Below are positions 41,788 to 50,740 of a stretch of DNA of 64,000 bases, one piece after another; the stretch's first letter is position 1, and each line of letters begins with the position of its first letter. The position numbers and the translations under genes were made by a program. This DNA is from Candidatus Acidiferrales bacterium (GTDB taxonomy: Bacteria > Acidobacteriota > Terriglobia > Acidiferrales > UBA7541). The stretch covers positions 145,809-209,808 of the forward strand of contig CAWFNI010000015.1 of assembly GCA_963817085.1 (NCBI GenBank), read 5' to 3'. The notes below the pieces were generated by a model. It made no database searches. It was not told the origin of the DNA and was given only the letters and a program-made list of their open reading frames with translations.

Positions 41788-41985
41788 GACGCATATTACG
41801 GATTGGCTTCGTTTCGGAAATCCATCGAGAAAGATCTGCGACAGGCGCAGCGCCTCGGCACACTCATCACTGGTGCGCCTGAATTGCAGCTGCTCGCGCC
41901 TTTGCACTCAGCGCCGTCTGGGCCGAGCCTGTGCGCGGAGGCAGAGTTTACAGGGCGTGTGGTCCGCGACGCCTGTTCTTCTCGC

Positions 41986-42477
41986 TCACACGAATCCGAT
42001 GAACCGTCCGGCCGCGACAATCCCAATCCACAATAGAATCGAAATCAATCCCGCAACCTTGGCCTTCGCGGGCAAGACCGCGCTTTCATCCCACGCCGCC
42101 ACATTCCGATACACAGTCAGATGGAAAATCAGCGCATGCACGCCGGCCAAAAACAGCAGCAACATCTTCAATCGAAACGCGGGATTGCCATAGACCTTAA
42201 CCGCTTCCGACGCAAACAGAAGCGTTCCCGTAATCACCTGCACCGCAAATCCAGCCCAAGCCCAGGGAAGTAGCCGGCGCGCCAACTGCGAAACCCGCTC
42301 CCGCCGCAGCATCCACCCCAGCAGGCGAAAATCAAAAGCGGAGATCGTTCCCACGAGCGCGGCCATTCCCAGCAGATGCACGGTTTCAATCGCCGGGAAC
42401 AGCCACAGCGATTGACGTACCGCGGCGCCCGCAGAAGTCTGTTCGAGCCACCTGCAGAATGGCAGCAGGTCTGGCAC
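41986..42477 (-). CDS. DUF6644-like membrane protein
   Basis: WLFPAIETVHLLG, DFRLLG, NPAFRLKM, AGRFIGF; starts 2 nt after the upstream stop. Confidence 0.75.
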   Translation of the reverse strand: MPDLLPFCRWLEQTSAGAAVRQSLWLFPAIETVHLLGMAALVGTISAFDFRLLGWMLRRERVSQLARRLLPWAWAGFAVQVITGTLLFASEAVKVYGNPAFRLKMLLLFLAGVHALIFHLTVYRNVAAWDESAVLPAKAKVAGLISILLWIGIVAAGRFIGFV

Positions 42478-42479
42478 TG

Positions 42480-42860
42480 CTATGGAGCCCCCAGCAGCGA
42501 TCGGCCGTCCGGAAGTATGATCTTGCCCAAGGACATGTAAGCCGAACCGTCTTTGGCCCGAAAGCCCTGAACCGTCACATGATCCCCGCGCTTCACCGTG
42601 TTCGGACTCCATCCCCCGAAGCGGGTCAGCATTCCCAGGCTCCCCATCTCCAGCTTCCAGTTGGCAACCTTACCCTTGTCATCTTTCAGGTCCGCGTAGA
42701 TATAAGCATGTGGGTTGATCCACTGGAAGTCCGTGACCGTCCCTTCCATCTTCACGGTATGGGTGGTATCAAACGCTGCCAGCCCATGGTGCGCCCAAAG
42801 CGCCGGCACGCCCAACATAAATCCCGCCACTGCCAGAACCGCAAGCAGCTTACGGTTCAT
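42480..42860 (-). CDS. DUF6152-like secreted protein
   Basis: GGAGG SD; signal peptide then AHHGLAAFD, GTVTDFQWINPH, W.LE, GDHVTVQG. Confidence 0.78.
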   Translation of the reverse strand: MNRKLLAVLAVAGFMLGVPALWAHHGLAAFDTTHTVKMEGTVTDFQWINPHAYIYADLKDDKGKVANWKLEMGSLGMLTRFGGWSPNTVKRGDHVTVQGFRAKDGSAYMSLGKIILPDGRSLLGAP

Positions 42861-43053
42861 CAGCATCCTCCATGCTGCTCGAGGAAGACTTCGCGTCCGT
42901 TTCATGACCTGCATCCTTATTCCGGGCCGGAATTCTAAATTTCGAGACGACAGTTTACCACTGCCGGAAGCTCGTTGAAATTGCAAATCATGCGTTCCGA
43001 TCCGTTGTTCTGCCTGGGTCCCCCGCTTCGGACCCATCACCGATAGCGGCAGT

Positions 43054-44439
43054 TTAGAGGACGTCGATGGCGATAAGCGTGATGTCATCTTGCTGGGCCA
43101 GCGCCGCGGGCTGCCACCGGCGGATTTCAGAGAGCAGTTGATCCACCAACTCAGAGGAAGGGTGCGACTGATTCTTCCGAATCACTTGTTCGAGCCGGGC
43201 GTCCCCAAAGGAATCGCCGCTGGCATTCTCTGGCTCAATCACCCCATCGGTGTAAAGGAGAAAACGATCGCCCGGCTGGATGGCCATCTCGCAGACAGGA
43301 TATTCGGGATCCGCCACCACCCCGAACACGATGCCATTGCTTTCGATGCGCTCCAGCTGGCTTCCCCGCGCACGGAGCAGCGGCGGATGCCCTGCGGCTG
43401 AGTAAAGCGCCTTGCGATTCTCGGTATCGATCAACAAATAGGCGGCGGTGACAAACTGATCGTGTAGTTGTCCGCAAAGTATGCGATTCAACTCCCGAAG
43501 CACTTTTCCCGGATCTTCCGCATAGGGCAGCGCCGTCTGTAACGCTACCTTGACCATGGCGGCGATCAGCGCGGCCGGGACTCCGTGGCCGGATACGTCC
43601 GCGACCAGGAAGCCGATGCGGTTTTGGTCCAGGGGAATGAACTCATAAAAATCTCCAGCGACGGCGGTCATGGGACGATACGCGGCGGTGATGCGAAGAT
43701 CTTTCAGCTCGGGACTGCTGCTGGGGAGAATGGAACGCTGAATCTCGCGGGCGATGGCCAGTTCGTTTTCGATGGAGAGCAGTCGCCGCTCGTTCGCGGA
43801 GATGAATTGCAGGGCCACGTAGCCGAACGAGAGCAGGAGAACGGCAAAGCCCAAGTCACCGAATATGGTTGGGGTTTCGCGACCTAGGGTGCGCACTACG
43901 TTGACATAGAGGGCTTCAAAAGCAAACACCAGGGTGCCGGCGGCCAAAACCCCGCGGTCTGCTATCACCAGAAACTTGCGAGACAGTTTTGGGAGCGTGA
44001 CGACACTCAGCAGTACAAGGAGGCTGCAGGTGGCGAGGAATGAATTGTAGGGAATCAATTGATTCTGCGAGCCGGTGAAGAGGAAAAAGCCAATACCCGC
44101 GAGAGCGATGGCCAGGCCGAGAGAAATCACCACGTGAAGAAAGATCCGGAGTTTGCCAAGGCTTAGCTCGAGAAAAGCCAGCGTGGCAACGACCAGGATG
44201 AGATAAGCGATGGCCGTGTCCAGGAAAGGTAGGAAAATCTGAAACCAGCGAGGCAGGAGCCCCAGAGCAGCCAGCGAATCCGCCAACGGGCGGGCCCCGT
44301 ACATGGCGCACCAGATGCCGAGCCACACGAGGATGCGGGTACCGCTGCCGCGGCGAATCGCGGCGATGGCGCAGGCCGCCAATCCGGCGAACACGAATAC
44401 CGTTCCAATAATGATGCTGGCTACCTGGCCGCCCAACAA
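43054..44439 (-). CDS. Membrane-bound PP2C/SpoIIE (RsbU-like) phosphatase
   Basis: Multi-TM N-terminus; ELAIAREIQRSIL, VAGDFY, ADVSGHG, LYTDG, QDDIT. Confidence 0.92.
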   Translation of the reverse strand: MLGGQVASIIIGTVFVFAGLAACAIAAIRRGSGTRILVWLGIWCAMYGARPLADSLAALGLLPRWFQIFLPFLDTAIAYLILVVATLAFLELSLGKLRIFLHVVISLGLAIALAGIGFFLFTGSQNQLIPYNSFLATCSLLVLLSVVTLPKLSRKFLVIADRGVLAAGTLVFAFEALYVNVVRTLGRETPTIFGDLGFAVLLLSFGYVALQFISANERRLLSIENELAIAREIQRSILPSSSPELKDLRITAAYRPMTAVAGDFYEFIPLDQNRIGFLVADVSGHGVPAALIAAMVKVALQTALPYAEDPGKVLRELNRILCGQLHDQFVTAAYLLIDTENRKALYSAAGHPPLLRARGSQLERIESNGIVFGVVADPEYPVCEMAIQPGDRFLLYTDGVIEPENASGDSFGDARLEQVIRKNQSHPSSELVDQLLSEIRRWQPAALAQQDDITLIAIDVL

Positions 44440-44580
44440 TGCCGGAACTTGAACTTGCAGACGGGCACCCCCTCATCAGTGCAACGATAGCAGAAGGGAA
44501 GTTGGGGCAGAAACCCCACTGTCCAGTTGGCGCACTAAAGACCAGGCGATCGTCGGCTGCGCGCTGCGTTTCCGGCAAAA

Positions 44581-45408
44581 GTGGGGTATGTTGACGGTGA
44601 ACGGCGGGTACCTACGCAGAGGAGCTATGACGATTGGATTTCGATCGCGGCGGCGCCGGCCTTGGCTGGCAGTTGGATATGGTTCATATCCAAGAAACAC
44701 TTTTATCCGGGATTCAGGAGCAAGGCTTCGCTCGCCGCGTTTGTGTGCGTGAGCATCGCCGTGGCTCTGCTTTTGTTTCAGCTTGGCTTCCTGCAATGGC
44801 TGGGGCTGGGGGGCCTGGTAAGAAACGTAGACCGCCTCAGGACGCCGTATGTGATGGATCTCGCCGCGGTAGGGATACTCTCCTCTGCCGCGTTGCTTCT
44901 CGCGCTTCTGGGCAAAGGCAGCCCAAGACTCCTTGCTCTCCTGTGGATTGGCTTTCTGGCCTTCGAGAATGGGTTTCTATATTCGGAGTTCTACAGACTC
45001 TGGCGCGAGCACGCTGCGATTGAAAAGCGGCTCTCCATCTTGTCGGGTAAAGGAGCCATCCATTGCGGTCAGGTACGGTCCTGGACGGACCCCCAGCGAA
45101 CTTCAGAATGCGTTGTTGCCTCGTTTGGGAGTGACAGACCGTTCTTCGCGCTTTATGACACCCACGGAATTGGAATTGATACGCACGAAATGGATGGGCT
45201 TGCCGGAGACAGAGTTGGAAATCTTTGCAGCGTTGAGTTCAGCAGTGTGGGTTGGCAAACGGAAGGCCTGCCCGGGGGGACTCAATTGGTGGATGGCGGG
45301 CATATTCTTGTGAAGCCCTGCTTGAAGCCGAAAACCTTACGCAAATCCATTTACAATGGGCTGACCTGTCTCCCGAGAATGATGGAGAGTCCGGGCAACA
45401 CCAATTAA
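44581..45408 (+). CDS. Hypothetical membrane protein with Cys-containing C-terminal domain
   Basis: 275-aa ORF with about 4 TM segments filling the gap; start uncertain. Confidence 0.5.
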   Translation: MGYVDGERRVPTQRSYDDWISIAAAPALAGSWIWFISKKHFYPGFRSKASLAAFVCVSIAVALLLFQLGFLQWLGLGGLVRNVDRLRTPYVMDLAAVGILSSAALLLALLGKGSPRLLALLWIGFLAFENGFLYSEFYRLWREHAAIEKRLSILSGKGAIHCGQVRSWTDPQRTSECVVASFGSDRPFFALYDTHGIGIDTHEMDGLAGDRVGNLCSVEFSSVGWQTEGLPGGTQLVDGGHILVKPCLKPKTLRKSIYNGLTCLPRMMESPGNTN

Positions 45409-45576
45409 ACGAACCTGCTTCTTGCAGCCGCTGAAAGTATTGCCTGGGGGCGCACGGCTCGCGTGCTGTCCGCGGAGCCTTGCAGCTTGCAGGGGCAGGA
45501 AAAGGATTGTGAGGGGTACTGGCGGGGGATATTCTCTTGGGGCGTGTTGGCATGGAAAGGAAGATGGAAACTCCCC

Positions 45577-46626
45577 ATGAAGCGAATCCTCTTGGCAATT
45601 TTGGTAATTCTGGCGGCACTTCCCTGCTTGCAGGCGAAGCCCGTGGCGCTGTTTTACATGACGAACAGCCCGGACTCGATCCGCTCGTTCCTGGCGCATT
45701 CCTCGCAAGTCGATCTGCTGGTGCCCACGTGGTATGAGGTGGACGAGAACGGATTGGTGACCGGCGCTCCTGAACCGACGGTGCTGAAACGGGCGGAGGA
45801 GGAAAAGGTGCCGGTGATGCCGATCATTGCGCTGTTCAACAAGAAGAAGTTCCACGAGTTTGCGAGCAATCCCGCGGCGCAAAGACAAATGAACGAAGCG
45901 ATGATCCGGGAGTGCCAGCTGCACGGGTACACGGGCTTCCAGTTTGACTTTGAGAACATCGATTGGACCGACCGCTCTCGATTGACCGGCATGGTGCAAG
46001 TTTCCGCGGAAGCGATGCACAAAGCCGGGCTGCAATTGACGATCGCCACGGTGCCGAATGCGCCGGGGTACCCCGGAGAGGGTGGCTTTGCCAAGTGGAT
46101 CTACACGGATTGGCGCGGGGCATACGATATTGCAGCGATTGCCAAATACGTCGATCTCGTCTGCCTGATGACCTACGACCAGCACACGCGGTGGACTGTG
46201 CCGGGCCCGGTGGCGGGCTGGGAATGGACGGTCGAGAATCTGGAGTATGCGCTGAAGGTTGTGCCGAAGGAAAAGCTCTCGCTGGGCATTCCCTTGTATG
46301 GCTACCACTGGTATACCGGAGCGCCGATACAAGAGAAGGAAGCCAGCGGCGAGAAGCCCAATCCCACCGCCGAATACATCGGCACGCCGAATGCGCTGCA
46401 ACTCGCGGAAGCCTACAACGGGAAGATCCAGTGGGACGCGGAAGACCACAGCGCGTACTTCTATTTTTATCGCGACCAGATGCGCGAATGGATTTTCTAT
46501 ACGGATTTGCGGACCTTCCAGGAGCGCTACGAACTGGTGCAGAAGAGTGGGCTGCAGGGTTTCTGCTCATGGGTGCTCGGACAGGAAGATCCGGCGATCT
46601 GGAAGTTCCTTCCCAGGCGGCGGTGA
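45577..46626 (+). CDS. Glycoside hydrolase family 18 (YaaH/SleL-like), secreted
   Basis: Signal peptide; GFQFDFEN catalytic DxE, LMTYDQH, KLSLGIPLYG, SWVLGQED. Confidence 0.88.
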   Translation: MKRILLAILVILAALPCLQAKPVALFYMTNSPDSIRSFLAHSSQVDLLVPTWYEVDENGLVTGAPEPTVLKRAEEEKVPVMPIIALFNKKKFHEFASNPAAQRQMNEAMIRECQLHGYTGFQFDFENIDWTDRSRLTGMVQVSAEAMHKAGLQLTIATVPNAPGYPGEGGFAKWIYTDWRGAYDIAAIAKYVDLVCLMTYDQHTRWTVPGPVAGWEWTVENLEYALKVVPKEKLSLGIPLYGYHWYTGAPIQEKEASGEKPNPTAEYIGTPNALQLAEAYNGKIQWDAEDHSAYFYFYRDQMREWIFYTDLRTFQERYELVQKSGLQGFCSWVLGQEDPAIWKFLPRRR

Positions 46627-46651
46627 GGCGAGGGGCGCGGCGAAACGAGGA

Positions 46652-46677
46652 CCCGCCTTCGTTGAAGCTACGGCGGG
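46652..46677. repeat. REP-like palindrome
   Basis: CCCGCC-ttcgttgaagctac-GGCGGG hairpin after the GH18 stop. Confidence 0.4.
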
Positions 46678-46711
46678 CGCTGGCAAAGAAGCGTGGAGGG
46701 GCAATTCAGAG

Positions 46712-46740
46712 TTGACGCGGGAAACCGGAGAGAATAGATT
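46712..46740 (+). promoter_or_regulatory. Putative sigma70 promoter of the multicopper oxidase
   Basis: TTGACG-17 nt-TAGATT. Confidence 0.45.
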
Positions 46741-46874
46741 GCGTTGCGGTGTGGGCCCGGAGTTTGCCGGCGTTCTGGACCGTCCCTGGCAAGAAGGCAC
46801 TTGACGGTGGGCAAGTCCAGGGAAAAGCGAACCTGCCCAAAATTCGTGAAACGAAAACGGACTGGAGCTTCGGA

Positions 46875-48065
46875 ATGAGACTGCGCGAGATGGGGTCTTG
46901 GTGCAGGTGGGCGTCTGTGCTTTTGCTGGCGTGCGGCGTGTGCGGATCGAGCCTGGCAGGGCGGGAAAAGGAGGCAGCGACGGAGAAGGGTGGAAAAGTT
47001 CGCGCGTATTATATTGCGGCGGACGAATTGGATTGGGACTATGCGCCGAGCGGGATCGACCAGATGACGGGCAAGCCGTTCGAAGGCATGTCGAAATTTT
47101 TCATGGAGCACGGGCCGCACCGCATCGGGCACATCTACAAGAAGGCGATCTACCGCGAATACACGGACGCAACGTTCACGAAACTGAAGCCCCGGCCGGC
47201 GGAGTGGGCCCACGCGGGAATTCTCGGGCCGATTCTGCGCGCGGAAGTGGGCGACACAATCAAGGTGGTGTTCAAGAACAATGGCACGCACCCGTACAGC
47301 ATGCATCCGCACGGCGTGTTTTATGAGAAGGCGTCCGAGGGAACGGCGTACAACGACGGGAGCAGCGAGGAGGAGCGGGAAGGAGGGCGCGTGCCGCCGG
47401 GACACACGCACACGTACATCTGGGAAGTGCCGGAGCGGGCAGGGCCCGGGCCGGCGGACCCGAGTTCGATCGTGTGGCTATACCACTCGCACACGAATGA
47501 ATTGTTCGACGTGAACTCCGGTTTGGTCGGGGCAATGCTCATCACGAGGCGAGGCATGGCCGCGCCGGACGGCAGGCCGAAAGATGTGAACGATGAGTTC
47601 GTCACCCTATTCATGATCTTCGACGAGAACCAGAGCTGGTTTCTGGACGAGAACGTGCAGAAGCACACGGATGATCCGGCGGGAACGAATAAGCTTGAAG
47701 GGACGCCCGCGGATTGGCAGGGCAAGTACAACTTTGTGCTGCCCGGAGGATTCAGCGGGGCAAACGAACGCTTCACAATCAATGGGATGCAGTACGCGAA
47801 TTTGCCGATGATGACGATGAAGAAAGGTGATCACGTGCGGTGGTACGTGATTACTTTGGGGAATGGATTCAATCTGCATACGCCGCACTGGCACGGGAAC
47901 GTGGTGCTCGATAATGGAAGGCGCACGGACGTGCTTAGCATTGCGTCGGCACAGATGAAGACGGTGGATATGGTGCCGGACGATCCTGGAATCTGGTTGT
48001 ACCACTGCCATCTCAGCGATCACATGGAGGGAGGGATGGTGGCGCGGTATCAAGTGCTGAAGTAA
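46875..48065 (+). CDS. Two-domain multicopper oxidase, ceruloplasmin/hephaestin A-domain-like
   Basis: Copper motifs HPHG, WLYHSH, HTPHWHG, HCHLSDHMEGGM; YYIAADELDWDYAP and YKKAIYREYTD. Confidence 0.9.
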   Translation: MRLREMGSWCRWASVLLLACGVCGSSLAGREKEAATEKGGKVRAYYIAADELDWDYAPSGIDQMTGKPFEGMSKFFMEHGPHRIGHIYKKAIYREYTDATFTKLKPRPAEWAHAGILGPILRAEVGDTIKVVFKNNGTHPYSMHPHGVFYEKASEGTAYNDGSSEEEREGGRVPPGHTHTYIWEVPERAGPGPADPSSIVWLYHSHTNELFDVNSGLVGAMLITRRGMAAPDGRPKDVNDEFVTLFMIFDENQSWFLDENVQKHTDDPAGTNKLEGTPADWQGKYNFVLPGGFSGANERFTINGMQYANLPMMTMKKGDHVRWYVITLGNGFNLHTPHWHGNVVLDNGRRTDVLSIASAQMKTVDMVPDDPGIWLYHCHLSDHMEGGMVARYQVLK

Positions 48066-48082
48066 GAGGGCGGCGCGGGACA

Positions 48083-48472
48083 ATGGGACCGGCGACTGGA
48101 TGCTCGACAGCCAGCCGGACGACAGTTTTGCTTGCCGGCGCGGGGGTGTTTGACACCCAGCCCGCGGCTGCGTATAGCGACAGTTCGCTCACTGGCAATC
48201 TCTTCCTGGGAAGTAACGAGCCGGGGGACAGCCCGATTCCGGAGCTTTCCGGGCTTGCTACCATTTCCTTCGGCAACTTGACGGGCACCGTGGATACGAG
48301 CGCTGCCGCGGGGCTGACGCTGGGCTCCCCATGCAACGCGGCGGTGTCCATCAAGGCAGATGGCTCCGGCAACCTGGGCACCAACGCGGTGCGGGTAGTG
48401 AACGGCACGGAGTTTTATTTCATCAACGAAGCGAACGGCGCGCCGGCGCAAGTACAAGTGCTTGAGCAATAG
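48083..48472 (+). pseudogene. Probable C-terminal remnant of a beta-rich secreted or lipoprotein
   Basis: No signal peptide; YSDSSLTGNLFLG...GNLTGTVD...VQVLEQ resembles the post-Ig repeats of the 62100 protein. Confidence 0.4.
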
Positions 48473-48556
48473 GCCGCGTTCCGAACCGGTCGACAATGTC
48501 AGGGCCAGTCCGGGGCCGCGTCAGCTACGCGCCCTGGCGCGCTTTCTTGACGCGGC

Positions 48557-48711
48557 TCACGGGAATGCGGCAATGGCGCAAGTCGCCAGTCCCGAGAACA
48601 CGAATACAGTTCCAACTGCGATGTTGGCTGCTTGACCACCCAGCATTGCTGAAATTGGAACCTGCAGGTGGGTACCTCGCAAACACTGCAGCGATGTCAG
48701 AATGGAACTTG
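48557..48711 (-). pseudogene. Truncated diverged copy of the 5' end of the SpoIIE-like gene
   Basis: MLGGQAANIAVGTVFVFSGLATCAIAAFP* versus LLGGQVASIIIGTVFVFAGLAACAIAAIRR; upstream DNA also aligns with 44355-44504. Confidence 0.75.
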
Positions 48712-48847
48712 CTGTTAAAACCGGATGCGATGAGAAGCGCCGAGAACACAGTAGGTCCTGATCCGTCCGCTCTCCAGATTCTTGCTCGCGCCTCCGCACC
48801 TGTGCCTTCCCTGTTGTATCCTGTCCAGTCTTCTTTGGAGGATCGTC

Positions 48848-50602
48848 TTGACTCGCCTTGCCCCTTGCCGTCACCGCCGTCTGCTCAGCCCTTGTTCGCG
48901 CCTTTTGATTCTTCTCTGCGTTACCTGGCTCTCCGCTCTTTGCTCCAACGCGCAAACCCTCTTCGCCAACTCGCCCGGCAAACTTCGCTTCGAAATCTCT
49001 TTCCCGGAGTCGCTCGCCGCAAAACCACTCGACGGCCACATCCTCCTCGGCATTTCCACCGACAAGTCCAGCGAGCCGCGTTTCCAGCTTCGCGAGGATG
49101 AAGTCTCCAGCGCACAATTCTTCGGCCTGGATGTCGACACCTGGAAGCCCGGCGCTCCCGCCGTGATCGATTCCACCACGCTCGGCTATCCCCTCGTCAG
49201 TCTTGACCAGCTCCCCGCCGGCGATTACTACGTCCAAGCGGTCCTCAACATTTATGAAACCTTTCATCGCGCTGATGGCCACACCATCAAATTGCCCCCG
49301 GACAGGGGCGAAGGGCAGCAGTGGTTCCGCAAGCCCGGCAACCTGTTCAACAAGCCGCAACTCCTTCACCTCGATCCCGCGGCCGGCAAGGTCATCCACA
49401 TCTCCCTGACCGAAAAGATTCCTCCCATTGAACCTCCCAAGGACACCAAATACCTCAAACACATCCACATTCAAAGCAAACTCCTCTCCGCCTTCTGGGG
49501 GCGCCCGATGTATCTCGGGGCCACCGTGCTCCTCCCGGCGGGCTTTGAGGAGCACCCAGCCGCACACTTCCCCCTGCTTGTTCATCAAGGACACTTCGAA
49601 CCCGACTGGGAATTCTTCAAGGAACAACCGCCGCAGGACGCGAAGCCGGAGGAACTGGAATTCCTCCAATATGCCAATCGCTTCTACCAGGACTGGACCT
49701 CTGGCCGCCTGCCTCGCATGCTGATCATGAGCATCCAGCACGCGAATCCTTATTACGATGATTCCTACGCCGTGAATTCCGCCAACCTTGGTCCCTACGG
49801 CGACGCCATCATCGAGGAGCTCATACCGGAAGTCGAGAAACGATTCCGCGGCATCGCCCAGCCCTGGGCGCGCGCTCTCGAAGGCGGTTCCACCGGCGGT
49901 TGGGAAGCTCTTGCCGCGCAAATCTTTTATCCTGATTTCTTCAACGGCGCCTACAGCTTTTGCCCCGACCCCATCGATTTCCGTGCCTACCAGCTCGTGG
50001 ACATTTATACGAACAAGAATGCCTTTTGGGATCAGGGCCCTTTTGCCAGAGTGCCGCGCGGCGAAATGCGCAGTCCCAAGGGCCGAATCGTCGCCACCAT
50101 GGAGCCCGCCGTTCGTCGCGAAGAGGTCATGGGCACGCATGGCCGCTCTACCGAGCAGTTCGGTATCTGGCAAGCGGTCTTCAGCCCTGTCGGCGATGAC
50201 GGCTACCCCAAGCCAATCTGGGATCCTTCGACCGGCGCCATTGACCCGCAAGTCGCCGCTTACTGGAGGGACCACTACGACCTGCGCTATATCCTCGAAC
50301 GGGATATCTCCACTCTAGGCCCCAAGCTCGCCGGGAAAATCCATTTTGCGGTCGGCGACATGGACACCTGGTACCTGAATAATGCCGTCCATCTCATGCA
50401 GGGCTTTCTCGACTCGCCGAAAAACCCCTTTCGCATCGCCGACTTCGAGTACGGCCCCGGTAAGCCCCATTGCTACTTGGGGGGTGGTAACATCTCGACA
50501 TCGGAAAGCTTCGGCACCCTCTACCAGCGCATCCTGCCTCCCATGGCCCGCCACATGGCCAGTACTGCTCCAACCGGCGCCGATATGGGTTGGAAGTACT
50601 GA
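48848..50602 (+). CDS. Secreted alpha/beta-hydrolase (putative esterase)
   Basis: GGAGG SD then TTG; SKLLSAFWGRPM, YAVNSANLGPY, GGSTGGW nucleophile elbow, GDMD, PH. Confidence 0.85.
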   Translation: MTRLAPCRHRRLLSPCSRLLILLCVTWLSALCSNAQTLFANSPGKLRFEISFPESLAAKPLDGHILLGISTDKSSEPRFQLREDEVSSAQFFGLDVDTWKPGAPAVIDSTTLGYPLVSLDQLPAGDYYVQAVLNIYETFHRADGHTIKLPPDRGEGQQWFRKPGNLFNKPQLLHLDPAAGKVIHISLTEKIPPIEPPKDTKYLKHIHIQSKLLSAFWGRPMYLGATVLLPAGFEEHPAAHFPLLVHQGHFEPDWEFFKEQPPQDAKPEELEFLQYANRFYQDWTSGRLPRMLIMSIQHANPYYDDSYAVNSANLGPYGDAIIEELIPEVEKRFRGIAQPWARALEGGSTGGWEALAAQIFYPDFFNGAYSFCPDPIDFRAYQLVDIYTNKNAFWDQGPFARVPRGEMRSPKGRIVATMEPAVRREEVMGTHGRSTEQFGIWQAVFSPVGDDGYPKPIWDPSTGAIDPQVAAYWRDHYDLRYILERDISTLGPKLAGKIHFAVGDMDTWYLNNAVHLMQGFLDSPKNPFRIADFEYGPGKPHCYLGGGNISTSESFGTLYQRILPPMARHMASTAPTGADMGWKY

Positions 50603-50740
50603 CACTACCCCCCAAAAAATCGCTTTTCTTCCGCACCTTTCTAGGGCAGAATCCCGCTACGAACATCCCCGTGTACCCGCCACGGGCTTGTCAGCGTCTA
50701 AAAATGCAGGGGAGTTTTTCCGCTCCCGGGAGCGCGTTCC

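Noticed and set aside
46795-46815. GGCACTTG resembling a c-di-GMP-II riboswitch
   Set aside because: The rest of the consensus and a suitably placed pseudoknot partner are missing
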